From Candidatus Eiseniibacteriota bacterium (lineage in GTDB: Bacteria > Eisenbacteria > RBG-16-71-46): a stretch of DNA of 64,000 nt. The DNA lies in contig JBGPFC010000012.1 of the NCBI GenBank assembly GCA_041483195.1, forward strand, positions 16,230-80,229, written 5' to 3'. Of this stretch, positions 44,196 to 53,088 are shown piece by piece. How positions within the stretch are numbered: position 1 is the first letter of the stretch; every line of letters begins with the position of its first letter. The position numbers and the translations under genes are program-made. Under the pieces are notes generated by a model. That model was not told the origin of the DNA, ran no database searches, and saw nothing but the letters and a program-made list of their open reading frames with translations.

Positions 44196-45281
44196 CTATT
44201 GCGGCCTGCCATCGGGCTCGGTCCGCGGGGCCGCGCCGCGCTCCATCCTCCGCCGATCGAACCACTCGAGCCACTCGATGGCGAAGTAGAGCAGCACGGC
44301 GAGCGCAGCCACCAGCGCGACAGCCGACATGCGCGGCAGGGTCGAGAGCAACGCCGCCATCGCGCCGCACAGCGCGCACAGTCCCCAGAGCGTGAACAGC
44401 GTGCCGCGCCGCGAGAGCCCGAGCCTCAGCAGCTTGTGGTGAATGTGCTCGGTGTCGGCGTGGAACACCGGGCGCCCCTGCACCAGGCGCCGCACGAATG
44501 CCACCACGCTGTCCGCGATCGGCACGCCCATCGCGACCAGCGGGAACAGAAGCGTCACCGCCGCGGTGCCCTTGCGATTCTCGAGCAGCGAGACCGCGGC
44601 GAGCGTGAGCCCGAGGAACTGGCTGCCGGTATCTCCCATGAACACGCGCGCGGGAGGGAAGTTGTAGCGCAGGAACCCGCCGGTCGCGCCGATCAGCAGC
44701 GCCGCGATGAACATCACGTAGAAGTCGGCGTGCGAGCGTCCCACCCACCAGAGCGTCGCGCTCGCGATCAGCACCGCGCCAGAGGCCAGGCCGTCGAGCC
44801 CGTCGATCAGGTTGATGGCGTTGGTCACGACCAGCACCCACGTCACCGTGAGCGGGATGTTGAGCGCGCCGGAGGCGAAGGGCTCGCCGAGCGGGTTCGA
44901 GAGCAGCGGCACGCCGTAGCCGAACAACACCAGCACCAGCGCGGCGCTCGCCTGGATCCCGAGCTTGGCCCACGGCGTGGTGCCATGCAGATCGTCCACC
45001 ACGCCGAGCGCGAGCATCGGCACCGAGGCGAGCGTGAGCCCGAGCAGCGGCCGCACGTCGAGTTCCGCCGCCGGCCCCGGCAGCGCACGCGCGAGCCACG
45101 CCACGCCCAGCACCGAGGCGGCGAGCGCGAGCCCGCCCAGCGTGGGCACCGGATCGCGATGGATGCGGCGTGGCCCGGGAAGATCGAGCGCGCCGACGCG
45201 GTGCGCGAAGCGCATCACCAGCGGCGTCGCGAGCAGCGCCACGGCGGCGGCGGCGAGCGAGAGCGAGAGCGAGTACGGCAT
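44196..45281 (-). CDS. Glycosyltransferase family 4 polyprenyl-phosphate HexNAc-1-phosphate transferase (WecA/MraY-like)
   Basis: 361-aa C-terminal part of track ORF 44196..45608, starting at MPYSLSLSL. DDxxD-type VDDLHG, NAINLIDGLDGLA and VFMGDTGS motifs, with 10-11 TMs. Confidence 0.75.
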   Translation of the reverse strand: MPYSLSLSLAAAAVALLATPLVMRFAHRVGALDLPGPRRIHRDPVPTLGGLALAASVLGVAWLARALPGPAAELDVRPLLGLTLASVPMLALGVVDDLHGTTPWAKLGIQASAALVLVLFGYGVPLLSNPLGEPFASGALNIPLTVTWVLVVTNAINLIDGLDGLASGAVLIASATLWWVGRSHADFYVMFIAALLIGATGGFLRYNFPPARVFMGDTGSQFLGLTLAAVSLLENRKGTAAVTLLFPLVAMGVPIADSVVAFVRRLVQGRPVFHADTEHIHHKLLRLGLSRRGTLFTLWGLCALCGAMAALLSTLPRMSAVALVAALAVLLYFAIEWLEWFDRRRMERGAAPRTEPDGRPQ

Positions 45282-46153
45282 CAGCGGGACTTCAGCGCGT
45301 TGTGCGCGAGCATCAGGCCGGCGCGGCAGTAGATGAGCGCGACCGCGAGCGCCTCGACCAGCGGGTTCGCCGGATGGTGCTTGTGGAAGTAGTGGATCAT
45401 GCCGCGATGGCGCGCCACGATCACGCGCGCCGCGACCCGCCCCTTGCTCGCCCCGATGTGGTGGACCACGACCGCCTCCGGCACGTACACGTTGTTCCAG
45501 CCGCCGAGCTTCATGCGGCGGCACCAGTCCACGTCCTCGTTGAACATGAAGAACGCCTCGTCCATGCCGCCCACCCGGTCGATCGCCTCGCGCCGCGCCA
45601 TCAGGCACGCGCCCGAGAGCCAGTCCACCTCGCGCGCGCTCGCGTGATCCCAGTCGCTCATCAGATAGCGCCGCGAGAAGCGGTTGTTGGGGAACAGCCG
45701 CGTGAGCAGCGAGTAGCGATTGAACAGGAACGTGAGCTGATCGGGAAACGCGCGCGCCGAGTATTCGAGCGTGCCGTCCGGGTTCAGGATCTTCGGGCCG
45801 GCGATCGCGACCCGCGGATGGGCGCGCAGGTGGGCGAGCAGCGCGAGGGCCGCGCCCGGCCGCAGCTCGCAGTCGGGGTTCATCACCAGCGCGAACTCGC
45901 CGCGGGTCGCCGCCAGCCCCTGGTTCACCGCTCGGGCGTAGCCCACGTTCCCGGCGTTCGCGATCGCGCGCGTGGCGGCGGAGCCGGCCGCGGGCGCGCG
46001 GGCCGCCAGCGCCTCGAGGGTGCCGTCGCGCGAGTCGTTGTCGACGACCACGACCTCGGCCGCGAGGCCGCGCGTCTCACGCTCGAGGCCCGCGAGGCAG
46101 CTCAGCAGGGCCTCGCGCGAGCGGTAATTGACGATGATGACGGAAAGATCCAT
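45281..46153 (-). CDS. Glycosyltransferase family 2
   Basis: VIIVNYRS...VVVVDNDSRDGT and a DxD-type region (NPDCEL), with the GT-A fold pattern. The stop overlaps the GT4 start. Confidence 0.7.
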   Translation of the reverse strand: MDLSVIIVNYRSREALLSCLAGLERETRGLAAEVVVVDNDSRDGTLEALAARAPAAGSAATRAIANAGNVGYARAVNQGLAATRGEFALVMNPDCELRPGAALALLAHLRAHPRVAIAGPKILNPDGTLEYSARAFPDQLTFLFNRYSLLTRLFPNNRFSRRYLMSDWDHASAREVDWLSGACLMARREAIDRVGGMDEAFFMFNEDVDWCRRMKLGGWNNVYVPEAVVVHHIGASKGRVAARVIVARHRGMIHYFHKHHPANPLVEALAVALIYCRAGLMLAHNALKSR

Positions 46154-46362
46154 GCGGGGCGGGCGACTCTCCGCGACAGGGCAGGGGGTAGCGAGCGGGA
46201 AAATCCTAGCATCGCGCGCGGTCGGGGCGTTAGCGCGAGGTCATGCGAACGGGCGCGATTGCACGTCCGAGCCTCTCCCCACGAAGCTCTCCGGGCCCGA
46301 TCCGTGAACCGGCCCGCTCGCGCCGGGCATTCTGGGACAGGGCCCGCGAGCAGCGCAAACGA

Positions 46363-46848
46363 TTATTCGCCGCCGGGCTCGGGGGTCGCGAGCGGCCGGC
46401 CGAGCGCGGCCTCGAGCCACGCGCGCAGCCGCGCGACGTGAGTGCCCATCCAGTACCACTTGCCGCAATGCGGGCAGTAGTGAAGCGACTTGGCGGAGCG
46501 CAGCACGCGGCCCGGCACCTCGCCCACCGCCTCGAACGGCGTGCGCCGCTGAAGCGCGGCGTTGCATTGCGGGCAGCGGCTGAAAGGAGGGCCGGCGGGC
46601 TCGTGGGCGCCCGCGATCGCGCGCAGCGCGGCCGCCGCGTCGCGAGGCGCCACGATCACCGGCACGTCGGCGAACGCCCGCGGATGCCGCGCGCTCAGCG
46701 TGATCACGGTGCGGCCGTCGCACCGCGCCGCCTCGAACAGCTCCTCGAGGCGCGCGCCGTGCACCGACGCCACGTCGAATCCGAGCATGCGCAGGCGCCG
46801 CGCCAGCAGATCGAGCGAGGTCTCTGCAATCAGGCGCGCGGCGGGCAT
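46363..46848 (-). CDS. Mut7-C RNase-domain protein (PIN-like plus C-terminal zinc ribbon)
   Basis: The N-terminus is PIN-like. The C-terminal CPQCN...YCPHCGKWYW zinc ribbon is typical of Mut7-C/DUF82. Confidence 0.55.
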   Translation of the reverse strand: MPAARLIAETSLDLLARRLRMLGFDVASVHGARLEELFEAARCDGRTVITLSARHPRAFADVPVIVAPRDAAAALRAIAGAHEPAGPPFSRCPQCNAALQRRTPFEAVGEVPGRVLRSAKSLHYCPHCGKWYWMGTHVARLRAWLEAALGRPLATPEPGGE

Positions 46849-46963
46849 GGGCGCACCCTAGCGACGGGGGATGGGCGCGACAAGCGCCTTAACCCCGCGC
46901 TCGCGGCCGAGTTCGGCGAGAGCGGTTGACGCGCGGGCGCAGCTGCCCCAACCTGTCCGGTCT

Positions 46964-48163
46964 ATGGATTCGGCCAGACCCGCGGGGCCCGCGCGCGCGC
47001 AGGATGCGCAGGACGGCCCCTCCTCCACCCTCGATCGTCGCCATTTCCTGATCCTCGCCGGCGCCGCGGCAGCTTATGCCACGCTCCGGCCAGGCTTCGC
47101 CGAGGCGCGCCGCGACGACACCCGCAACGGATTCCTCCAGCCCTGGTCGCTGCCCGACGATCTGCCCGCGACCCAGGTCGAGGTGGCGCGCGCGCTGATC
47201 GCCGCCGCCGTGCTCGCCCCCAGCGACTGGAACACGCAGCCCTGGCACTTCGAGGTGGACGGCAGCACCATCCGCATCGTCGCCGACCCGAAGCGCGCGC
47301 TGCCCGCGACCGATCCCGATCGCCGCGGCATGATGATCGCGCTCGGCGCGTCGCTCGAGAACCTGCTGATCGCCGCGCGCTCCTACGGCCTGCGGCCCAC
47401 CGTGACGTACATGCCGCACGATGGCGCGGCCGGAGTGGTCGCCGAGGTCGCGTGGAGCAACGGCGAGCCGCGGCGCGATCGCGCGCTGTTCGCCGCGATC
47501 CCCGATCGCCGCACCAACCGTCGCGACTTCGACGGGCGCGCGATCTTCGCGCAGAACCGCGCGCAGCTCACCGCGCAAGTGCCGGACGGGCTCGCGCTCC
47601 ACTGGATCGACGAGCGCGACCCGCTGCGCGAGGCCGCCGACCTCGCGTACGAGGCCACTCACACGCAGATCATGGACCCGCGCGCGCAGGCCGAGCAGTT
47701 CTCGTGGTTCCGCTTCGACGAGGAAGCGAAGAAACGCGGCGACGGCATCCCGGCCGACGCGCTCGAGCTGAGCGGCCCATCGAGCTGGCTCGCGGGGCGC
47801 TACTTCAACCCGAACAGCTGGTTCATTCGCTTCGGCGCCGAATACGCGGCCAAGCAGGCGCGCGGGCAGGTGCACTCGGCCGGCGCGGTCGCGCTGCTCA
47901 CCTCCGCCCGGCGCGACGAGACGCAATGGCTGATGGGCGGCCAGACCTACGAGCGCTTCGCGCTCAAGGCCACGCAGCTCGGAATCGCGCAGCACCCGAT
48001 GAGCGCGCCGATCGAGGTGAGCCGCCACCGCGGCGACCTGCTCACGCTGTTCGGCGCCAAGGGCGAGGAGCCGCTCATGCTGGTGCGCCTCGGCCACGCG
48101 AAGCGCCCCGACCCGCTCCCGCGACGCAGCGTGAGCGTGGTGGCGACCTTCAGGAACACGTAG
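46964..48163 (+). CDS. Tat-signal nitroreductase-fold (Acg-like) protein
   Basis: Twin-arginine motif RRHFLILAGAAAAYA followed by a nitroreductase-like domain duplication. The start lies within track ORF 46871..48163. Confidence 0.45.
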   Translation: MDSARPAGPARAQDAQDGPSSTLDRRHFLILAGAAAAYATLRPGFAEARRDDTRNGFLQPWSLPDDLPATQVEVARALIAAAVLAPSDWNTQPWHFEVDGSTIRIVADPKRALPATDPDRRGMMIALGASLENLLIAARSYGLRPTVTYMPHDGAAGVVAEVAWSNGEPRRDRALFAAIPDRRTNRRDFDGRAIFAQNRAQLTAQVPDGLALHWIDERDPLREAADLAYEATHTQIMDPRAQAEQFSWFRFDEEAKKRGDGIPADALELSGPSSWLAGRYFNPNSWFIRFGAEYAAKQARGQVHSAGAVALLTSARRDETQWLMGGQTYERFALKATQLGIAQHPMSAPIEVSRHRGDLLTLFGAKGEEPLMLVRLGHAKRPDPLPRRSVSVVATFRNT

Positions 48164-48208
48164 GGCGCACCCCGAAGCGCGGGCCGGCACAGCCCGGGCC
48201 CTCGCGCC

Positions 48209-49600
48209 CTACCCGCCGCCGCTCACCGTCATCTCGCCGATCAACAGCGTCGGGCTCACCACATCGCCGTCCCACTTGAGGTCGTTCCCCACCGCGGCCA
48301 CGTTTTTCAGCATGTCGAGCGAGTTGGACGCGACCGTGATGCCGTCCACCGGGTACGTCTTCGCGCCGCCCTCGATCCAGAAGCCCGCCGCCTGGAACGA
48401 GTAGTCGCCGGTCACGGAGTTGAAGCCGAACGAGCCCTGATCGTCCATGTAGAACCCGCGGTCCACTTTCTTCAGGATCGCATCGGGCGACTCTGCGCCG
48501 GGCTCGATGTAGAGGTTGTGATAGCCGATGCCGGGCACCGACGAGTAGCCGCGCACCGCGCTGCCGGTCGAGCGCGTGCCGGCGCGGCGCGCGTGATAGA
48601 TGTCGTAGAGGAACATGGCGCAGGTGCCGCGATCGATCAGCACGTTCCTCCGCGTCGCCACGCCCTCGCCGTCCCACGGTCCGCTCCCGACGCCGCCCGG
48701 CAGGCGGCCGTCGTCCACCAGCGTCACGAGCGGCGACGCGATCGCCTGCCCGAGGCGGTCGGTGAGCCACGATTCCTTCTTGATCACGGATTCGCCGCTC
48801 CAGGCGTCGTGCATCTCGGAGATCCAGGAGGCCGCGACGTCGGGGTGCATGACGACCGGCACGCGCGCGGAGGGCACGGTGCGCGCGCCGATGCGCTCGA
48901 CCGCGCGGCGCGCCGCCTCGCGCGCGATCTCCTCCATGGCGGGCAGCTCGCGCAACCAGCGCCTCGTGATGCCGTAGTAGCCGGTCTGCTGCTTGCCGTC
49001 GCGATCGTCGGCGAGCGCCACGATCGAAGCGCTGATCGCGGTCCCCGACGAGACGCGCGTGAGCCCGAGCGAGTTGGCGAGCGCGGTGGTGCCGTCGCGA
49101 CTCGTCACCCGGGTGCGGTCCACGCGCGTGATGCGCGGATCGAATGCGAGCGCGACGCGCTCCAGCTCGATCGCCATCGCGATCTTGTCATCCGCTGGCA
49201 GTGCGAGCACCGCGGAATCGTAGAGGGCGAGATCCAGCGCGGCGGGCGTGCCCGCCTCGAGCGGCCCGGGCATGGCGTTCGCGGGATCGGGGGTGGAGAA
49301 GCGTGCGAGCGCCACCGCGCGGCGCGCGAGATCGTCGAGCGCCGCGGGCGAGAGGTCGGTGCTCGACACGAAGCCCTGCGCGCCGCCCACGATCACGCGC
49401 AGGCCGAGCCCGCGCGTCGCGCTCTGCTTCAGGCTCTCGATCTGCGCGTTGCTCGCGCACACGGTGAACGCGCGCGAGCTCTGCACAACGGCCTCGGCTG
49501 CATCGGCCCCGGCGCGCCGCGCGCGCTCGACGGCGTCGGCGGCGAGCGCCTCGAGCGCGGCGGGCGGCGCGATCGGCTCGGAGGTCTGCGGATCGTTCAC
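48209..49600 (-). CDS. pmbA: Metalloprotease PmbA (TldE)
   Basis: TldD/PmbA-fold family. GTG start in the fused track ORF 48209..50047. It lacks HExxxH, as PmbA does, and overlaps the tldD stop. Confidence 0.7.
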   Translation of the reverse strand: MNDPQTSEPIAPPAALEALAADAVERARRAGADAAEAVVQSSRAFTVCASNAQIESLKQSATRGLGLRVIVGGAQGFVSSTDLSPAALDDLARRAVALARFSTPDPANAMPGPLEAGTPAALDLALYDSAVLALPADDKIAMAIELERVALAFDPRITRVDRTRVTSRDGTTALANSLGLTRVSSGTAISASIVALADDRDGKQQTGYYGITRRWLRELPAMEEIAREAARRAVERIGARTVPSARVPVVMHPDVAASWISEMHDAWSGESVIKKESWLTDRLGQAIASPLVTLVDDGRLPGGVGSGPWDGEGVATRRNVLIDRGTCAMFLYDIYHARRAGTRSTGSAVRGYSSVPGIGYHNLYIEPGAESPDAILKKVDRGFYMDDQGSFGFNSVTGDYSFQAAGFWIEGGAKTYPVDGITVASNSLDMLKNVAAVGNDLKWDGDVVSPTLLIGEMTVSGGG

Positions 49601-51039
49601 GTGGCCGTCCCCCCGACGATGATCTCGCGGAACCGAACGGTGGGCTGTCCGACGCCGACCGGCTTCCACTGGCCGTCCTTGCCGCAGCTGCCGGTGGTGC
49701 CGTCGATCTCGAGATCCCCGGCGACCGCGTCGATCTTGAGCATCGCGTCGTTGCCGTTGCCGGTGAGCGTCGCGTTGCGCACCGGGACCGTCAGCGCGCC
49801 GTTCTCGATCTGCCACGCCTCGGTGACCTGGAACGAGAAGTTGCCGTCGGCGGGATTCACAGAGCCGCCGCCCAGGCTCTTGCAGTAGAGCCCGCGCGTC
49901 ACGTCGGCGATCAGCGCGGCGGGCGCGAGCGGCCCGGCCTCGATGTAGGTGTTGGTCATGCGGCACAGCGGAAAATCGCGGAACGAATTGCGGCGCCCGT
50001 TGCCGCTGGGCTCGTTGCCGGTGAGGCGCGCGTTCAGCAGGTCCCACATGTAACCGACCAGGATGCCGTCATCGACCAGCACCGTGCGCCGTGCCTGCGT
50101 GCCTTCGTCGTCCACGCGGAACGACCCGCGGCTGTAGGGCACGATGCCGCTGTCGACGATGGTCACGCCTTTCGCGGCCACCTGCTGGCCGAGCTGCGAC
50201 GCGCGGATCGAAGTGTGCTTGCGGATGGTGTCGCCTTCCATGCTGTGCCCGAAGCACTCGTGCACCATGACCCCACCCCAGCCCGGCGAAACCACGACCG
50301 GATACGCGCCGGCCTCCGGCTCGCGGGCGCCGAGCAGCGTGATCGCCGACCCCGCAGCGTCGGCCGCGATCGCCTCGGGGGTGCGCACGGCGTCGAAGTA
50401 GCCCGCGTCGACCGAGCCGCCGCCGGCCGCGAAGCCCTGCTGCCGCTGGTCGCCATCGAGCGCGAGCGCCGTGACCGTGAGCCGCGACAGGTACTGGCGG
50501 TCGTCGGCCCACACGCCGTCGCTGTTCGCGACGATGAACGACTTGGACGCGTCGGCGAGCGAGACCGTGACCTCGTGAATGCGGCCGTCGTGCGCGCGCG
50601 CGGTGTGGTTCGCCCGCTGGATCAGCGCGACCTTCGCCTGCTCGTCGAGCGCGATCGGCGCGGGGCGCTCGAGCGTGAACGGCGGCGGCGCCTGCACCAC
50701 GCGAAACGCGATCGGCTTGCCGTTCCCCGCCGCGCCGCTCGCGATGCGCCCCGCGACCCGCGCGGCCTCGCGCAGGTCGTCCGGCGCGAATCCGTCGGCG
50801 TACGCGTAACCGGTCTGCTCGCCCGTGATCGCGCGCACCCCGACCCCTTGCGCGACGGAGTACGCCGTGGTCTTGAGCCGGTCCTCCTCGAGTGAGAAGG
50901 AGGTGTGCACCGTGTACTCGCCGTACACCTCCGCGAGCTCGGCGCCCTTTGAGCGCGCGAGCGTGAGCAGCTCGGCGACCAGCTCGCGGGAAAGCAGCGT
51001 GGCGAGATCGGGAGTTGCGCGCAGCGCGGTCGTGGTCAT
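49597..51039 (-). CDS. tldD: Metalloprotease TldD
   Basis: HExxxH (VHECFGHSMEGD) and the conserved C-terminal GxC motif. The start is at MTTTALRA within track ORF 49597..51084. Confidence 0.75.
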   Translation of the reverse strand: MTTTALRATPDLATLLSRELVAELLTLARSKGAELAEVYGEYTVHTSFSLEEDRLKTTAYSVAQGVGVRAITGEQTGYAYADGFAPDDLREAARVAGRIASGAAGNGKPIAFRVVQAPPPFTLERPAPIALDEQAKVALIQRANHTARAHDGRIHEVTVSLADASKSFIVANSDGVWADDRQYLSRLTVTALALDGDQRQQGFAAGGGSVDAGYFDAVRTPEAIAADAAGSAITLLGAREPEAGAYPVVVSPGWGGVMVHECFGHSMEGDTIRKHTSIRASQLGQQVAAKGVTIVDSGIVPYSRGSFRVDDEGTQARRTVLVDDGILVGYMWDLLNARLTGNEPSGNGRRNSFRDFPLCRMTNTYIEAGPLAPAALIADVTRGLYCKSLGGGSVNPADGNFSFQVTEAWQIENGALTVPVRNATLTGNGNDAMLKIDAVAGDLEIDGTTGSCGKDGQWKPVGVGQPTVRFREIIVGGTAT

Positions 51040-51156
51040 CGGTTCCCCGTGGGCGGCGGGGTCGAGGGCGACCCCGGCCTCCATGGCACTCGAACGCTAA
51101 TCATGGCGCGTAGTCTCGCTCGGGGCGGGCCGGCGAGCAAACGGGTGAAGCGCGCT

Positions 51157-52194
51157 TCAGTGTTTCGTGGGCTTGATGCGCGCGCGCAGCGAATCCGCGA
51201 TGGCCCGCGCGCGCAGCGAATCCGCGGCGCCCGGCGCCTGCAGCGAGTCGGCGGGGGGAAACACCGGCGGCCCTGCGTCGCGCAGCGCCGCGACGATCTC
51301 CTCGGCGGTCACGTCGGTCGCGTGCGGATTCTCGGGCAGCGAACGCCATGGCGAGCGCAGGGTCCATGCGAACTCGCCGAACACCAGCACCGGCGTACCC
51401 GGCCGCAAGATCGTGCGGCCGTCCGGCGAGAGCCTCCACTGCTCGCACCACGCGTAGATCCACTGCGCGTCCTGGGCGAGCAGCCGCACGCACGAGTGGC
51501 TCGCGGGATGCCCGGGCAGCTCGTACTCGTGGAGCGAGACGCCCTCGAAATTCTGGATGTTGACGTACCACTTGAGCAGCCACGCCTCGTCGATGGTGCT
51601 GAAGCGCTCCGTGTCCTTCCAGTTCGTGTGGTAGAGGCCGACCGGCGTGGGTTTGGCCTTGCGACCGCTGCTGGTCGGGCCCCAGCGCACGAGCCGGCCG
51701 CTGTCGTAGGCCGCGAATGCCTGCACCCGCAGCGCGATCAGCAGCAGCTTCGAGCTGTCGCGCGCCGCCTCGAGCGTGCGCGGAAACGGCGCGAGCGCGA
51801 GCGAGTCGCGCGACGGATCGGGAACGATCAGCGGCTCTCCGATGCGCACGAACGCGCTGTCGAGGCGGTTGACCTTGAGCGTCTCGAGCCATCCGGCCGG
51901 TCCCAAGGAGTCCCGCAGCGCCGTGAGCGCGCGCGCGCCGGCGGGGCGCACGCGCAGGTAGCGCGGAGCGGGGGAGGGAGGAGGCGTCGGCGCGGGTAGA
52001 GGCACCGGCACCGGCGAAGGCGCGGCCACGCGAGACGTGGCGGCCGAGGATTCCGCGGGCGCCGCCGCCGAATCCGCCACGCGAGTCGCGGCCGGCGCGA
52101 CGGCCGCGCGCTCGTTGGTCGCGGACTTCCGGTCGCAGCCGGCGCAGGTGACGGCGAGCACGATCAGGGCTGCGGTCGTCACGCGAGACCACAT
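51157..52194 (-). CDS. L,D-transpeptidase (YkuD domain) lipoprotein
   Basis: Lipobox LAVTCAGC. The catalytic HEYELPGHPASHSCVRL has the His/Cys of the YkuD active site. There is a Pro/Ala-rich linker and a C-terminal tandem ADSLRAR repeat. Confidence 0.65.
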   Translation of the reverse strand: MWSRVTTAALIVLAVTCAGCDRKSATNERAAVAPAATRVADSAAAPAESSAATSRVAAPSPVPVPLPAPTPPPSPAPRYLRVRPAGARALTALRDSLGPAGWLETLKVNRLDSAFVRIGEPLIVPDPSRDSLALAPFPRTLEAARDSSKLLLIALRVQAFAAYDSGRLVRWGPTSSGRKAKPTPVGLYHTNWKDTERFSTIDEAWLLKWYVNIQNFEGVSLHEYELPGHPASHSCVRLLAQDAQWIYAWCEQWRLSPDGRTILRPGTPVLVFGEFAWTLRSPWRSLPENPHATDVTAEEIVAALRDAGPPVFPPADSLQAPGAADSLRARAIADSLRARIKPTKH

Positions 52195-52371
52195 CTCCAC
52201 CCGATGCCACCCCTCCGGCGCGCGCACGATGGGCCCATTCTAGTCGGTCTAACCCGCTGTCTGGCAAGTCGCTGCGGAGCCGGCGAGAAAGATTCTTGAC
52301 GGACCGCCGGCCGGACGATAACTTACTGACCAGTCAGTAATCAATTGGACCATCGGTTCGAGGAGGCACAC

Positions 52372-53088
52372 ATGGCGGCCACGAACGGCAGGACGCGCGC
52401 ATCGAAGCCCCCGCGCGGCGCGCCCGCGCGGCGTGGCGCCCCGGCCCCGCGCTGGCACCGGCGCAAGGAGGCGCGCCCCGCGGAGATCATCGCGGCGGCG
52501 CTCGAGAGCTTCACCGAGCACGGGTACACCGCGACCAAGCTCGAGGACGTCGCGCGGCGCGCGGGCGTCACGAAGGGGACCATGTATCTCTACTTCGAGA
52601 GCAAGGAGGCGCTCTTCAAGGCGACGGTGCGCGAGACCGTGGTGCCGGCGATCGAGCGCGGCGAGCAGACCATCGAGAATTTTCGCGGCAACACGCGCGA
52701 CCTGCTCGCCACGTTCTTCCGCGGCTGGTGGGGCGCGGTCGCGGGCCCGGGCTCGCGCATGGGCGGCCTCCCGAAGCTGATGATCTCCGAGGTCGCGAAC
52801 TTTCCGGAGCTGGCGAAGTTCTACCACCGCGAGGTCGTGCAGCGTGGCCGCCGGCTCACGGCGCGTATCCTCGAACGCGGGATCGAACGCCGCGAGTTCC
52901 GGGGCGTGGACGTCGACTACGCGGTGCGCGTGATCATGGCGCCGCTCATCCTGGGCGCAATCTGGAAGCACTCGATGCAGCGCTGCGAGTCGGGGCCGCT
53001 CGACTTCGAGCGCTACATCGGGACCACCATCGATCTCGCGCTGAACGGGCTCGCCCGTCCCGCACGGAAGGAGGGGGCTCGTGCGTAA
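52372..53088 (+). CDS. TetR/AcrR-family transcriptional regulator
   Basis: HTH signature TKLEDVARRAGVTKGTMYLYFESKEALF. It lies upstream of the efflux operon and overlaps the outer-membrane factor start. Confidence 0.75.
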   Translation: MAATNGRTRASKPPRGAPARRGAPAPRWHRRKEARPAEIIAAALESFTEHGYTATKLEDVARRAGVTKGTMYLYFESKEALFKATVRETVVPAIERGEQTIENFRGNTRDLLATFFRGWWGAVAGPGSRMGGLPKLMISEVANFPELAKFYHREVVQRGRRLTARILERGIERREFRGVDVDYAVRVIMAPLILGAIWKHSMQRCESGPLDFERYIGTTIDLALNGLARPARKEGARA

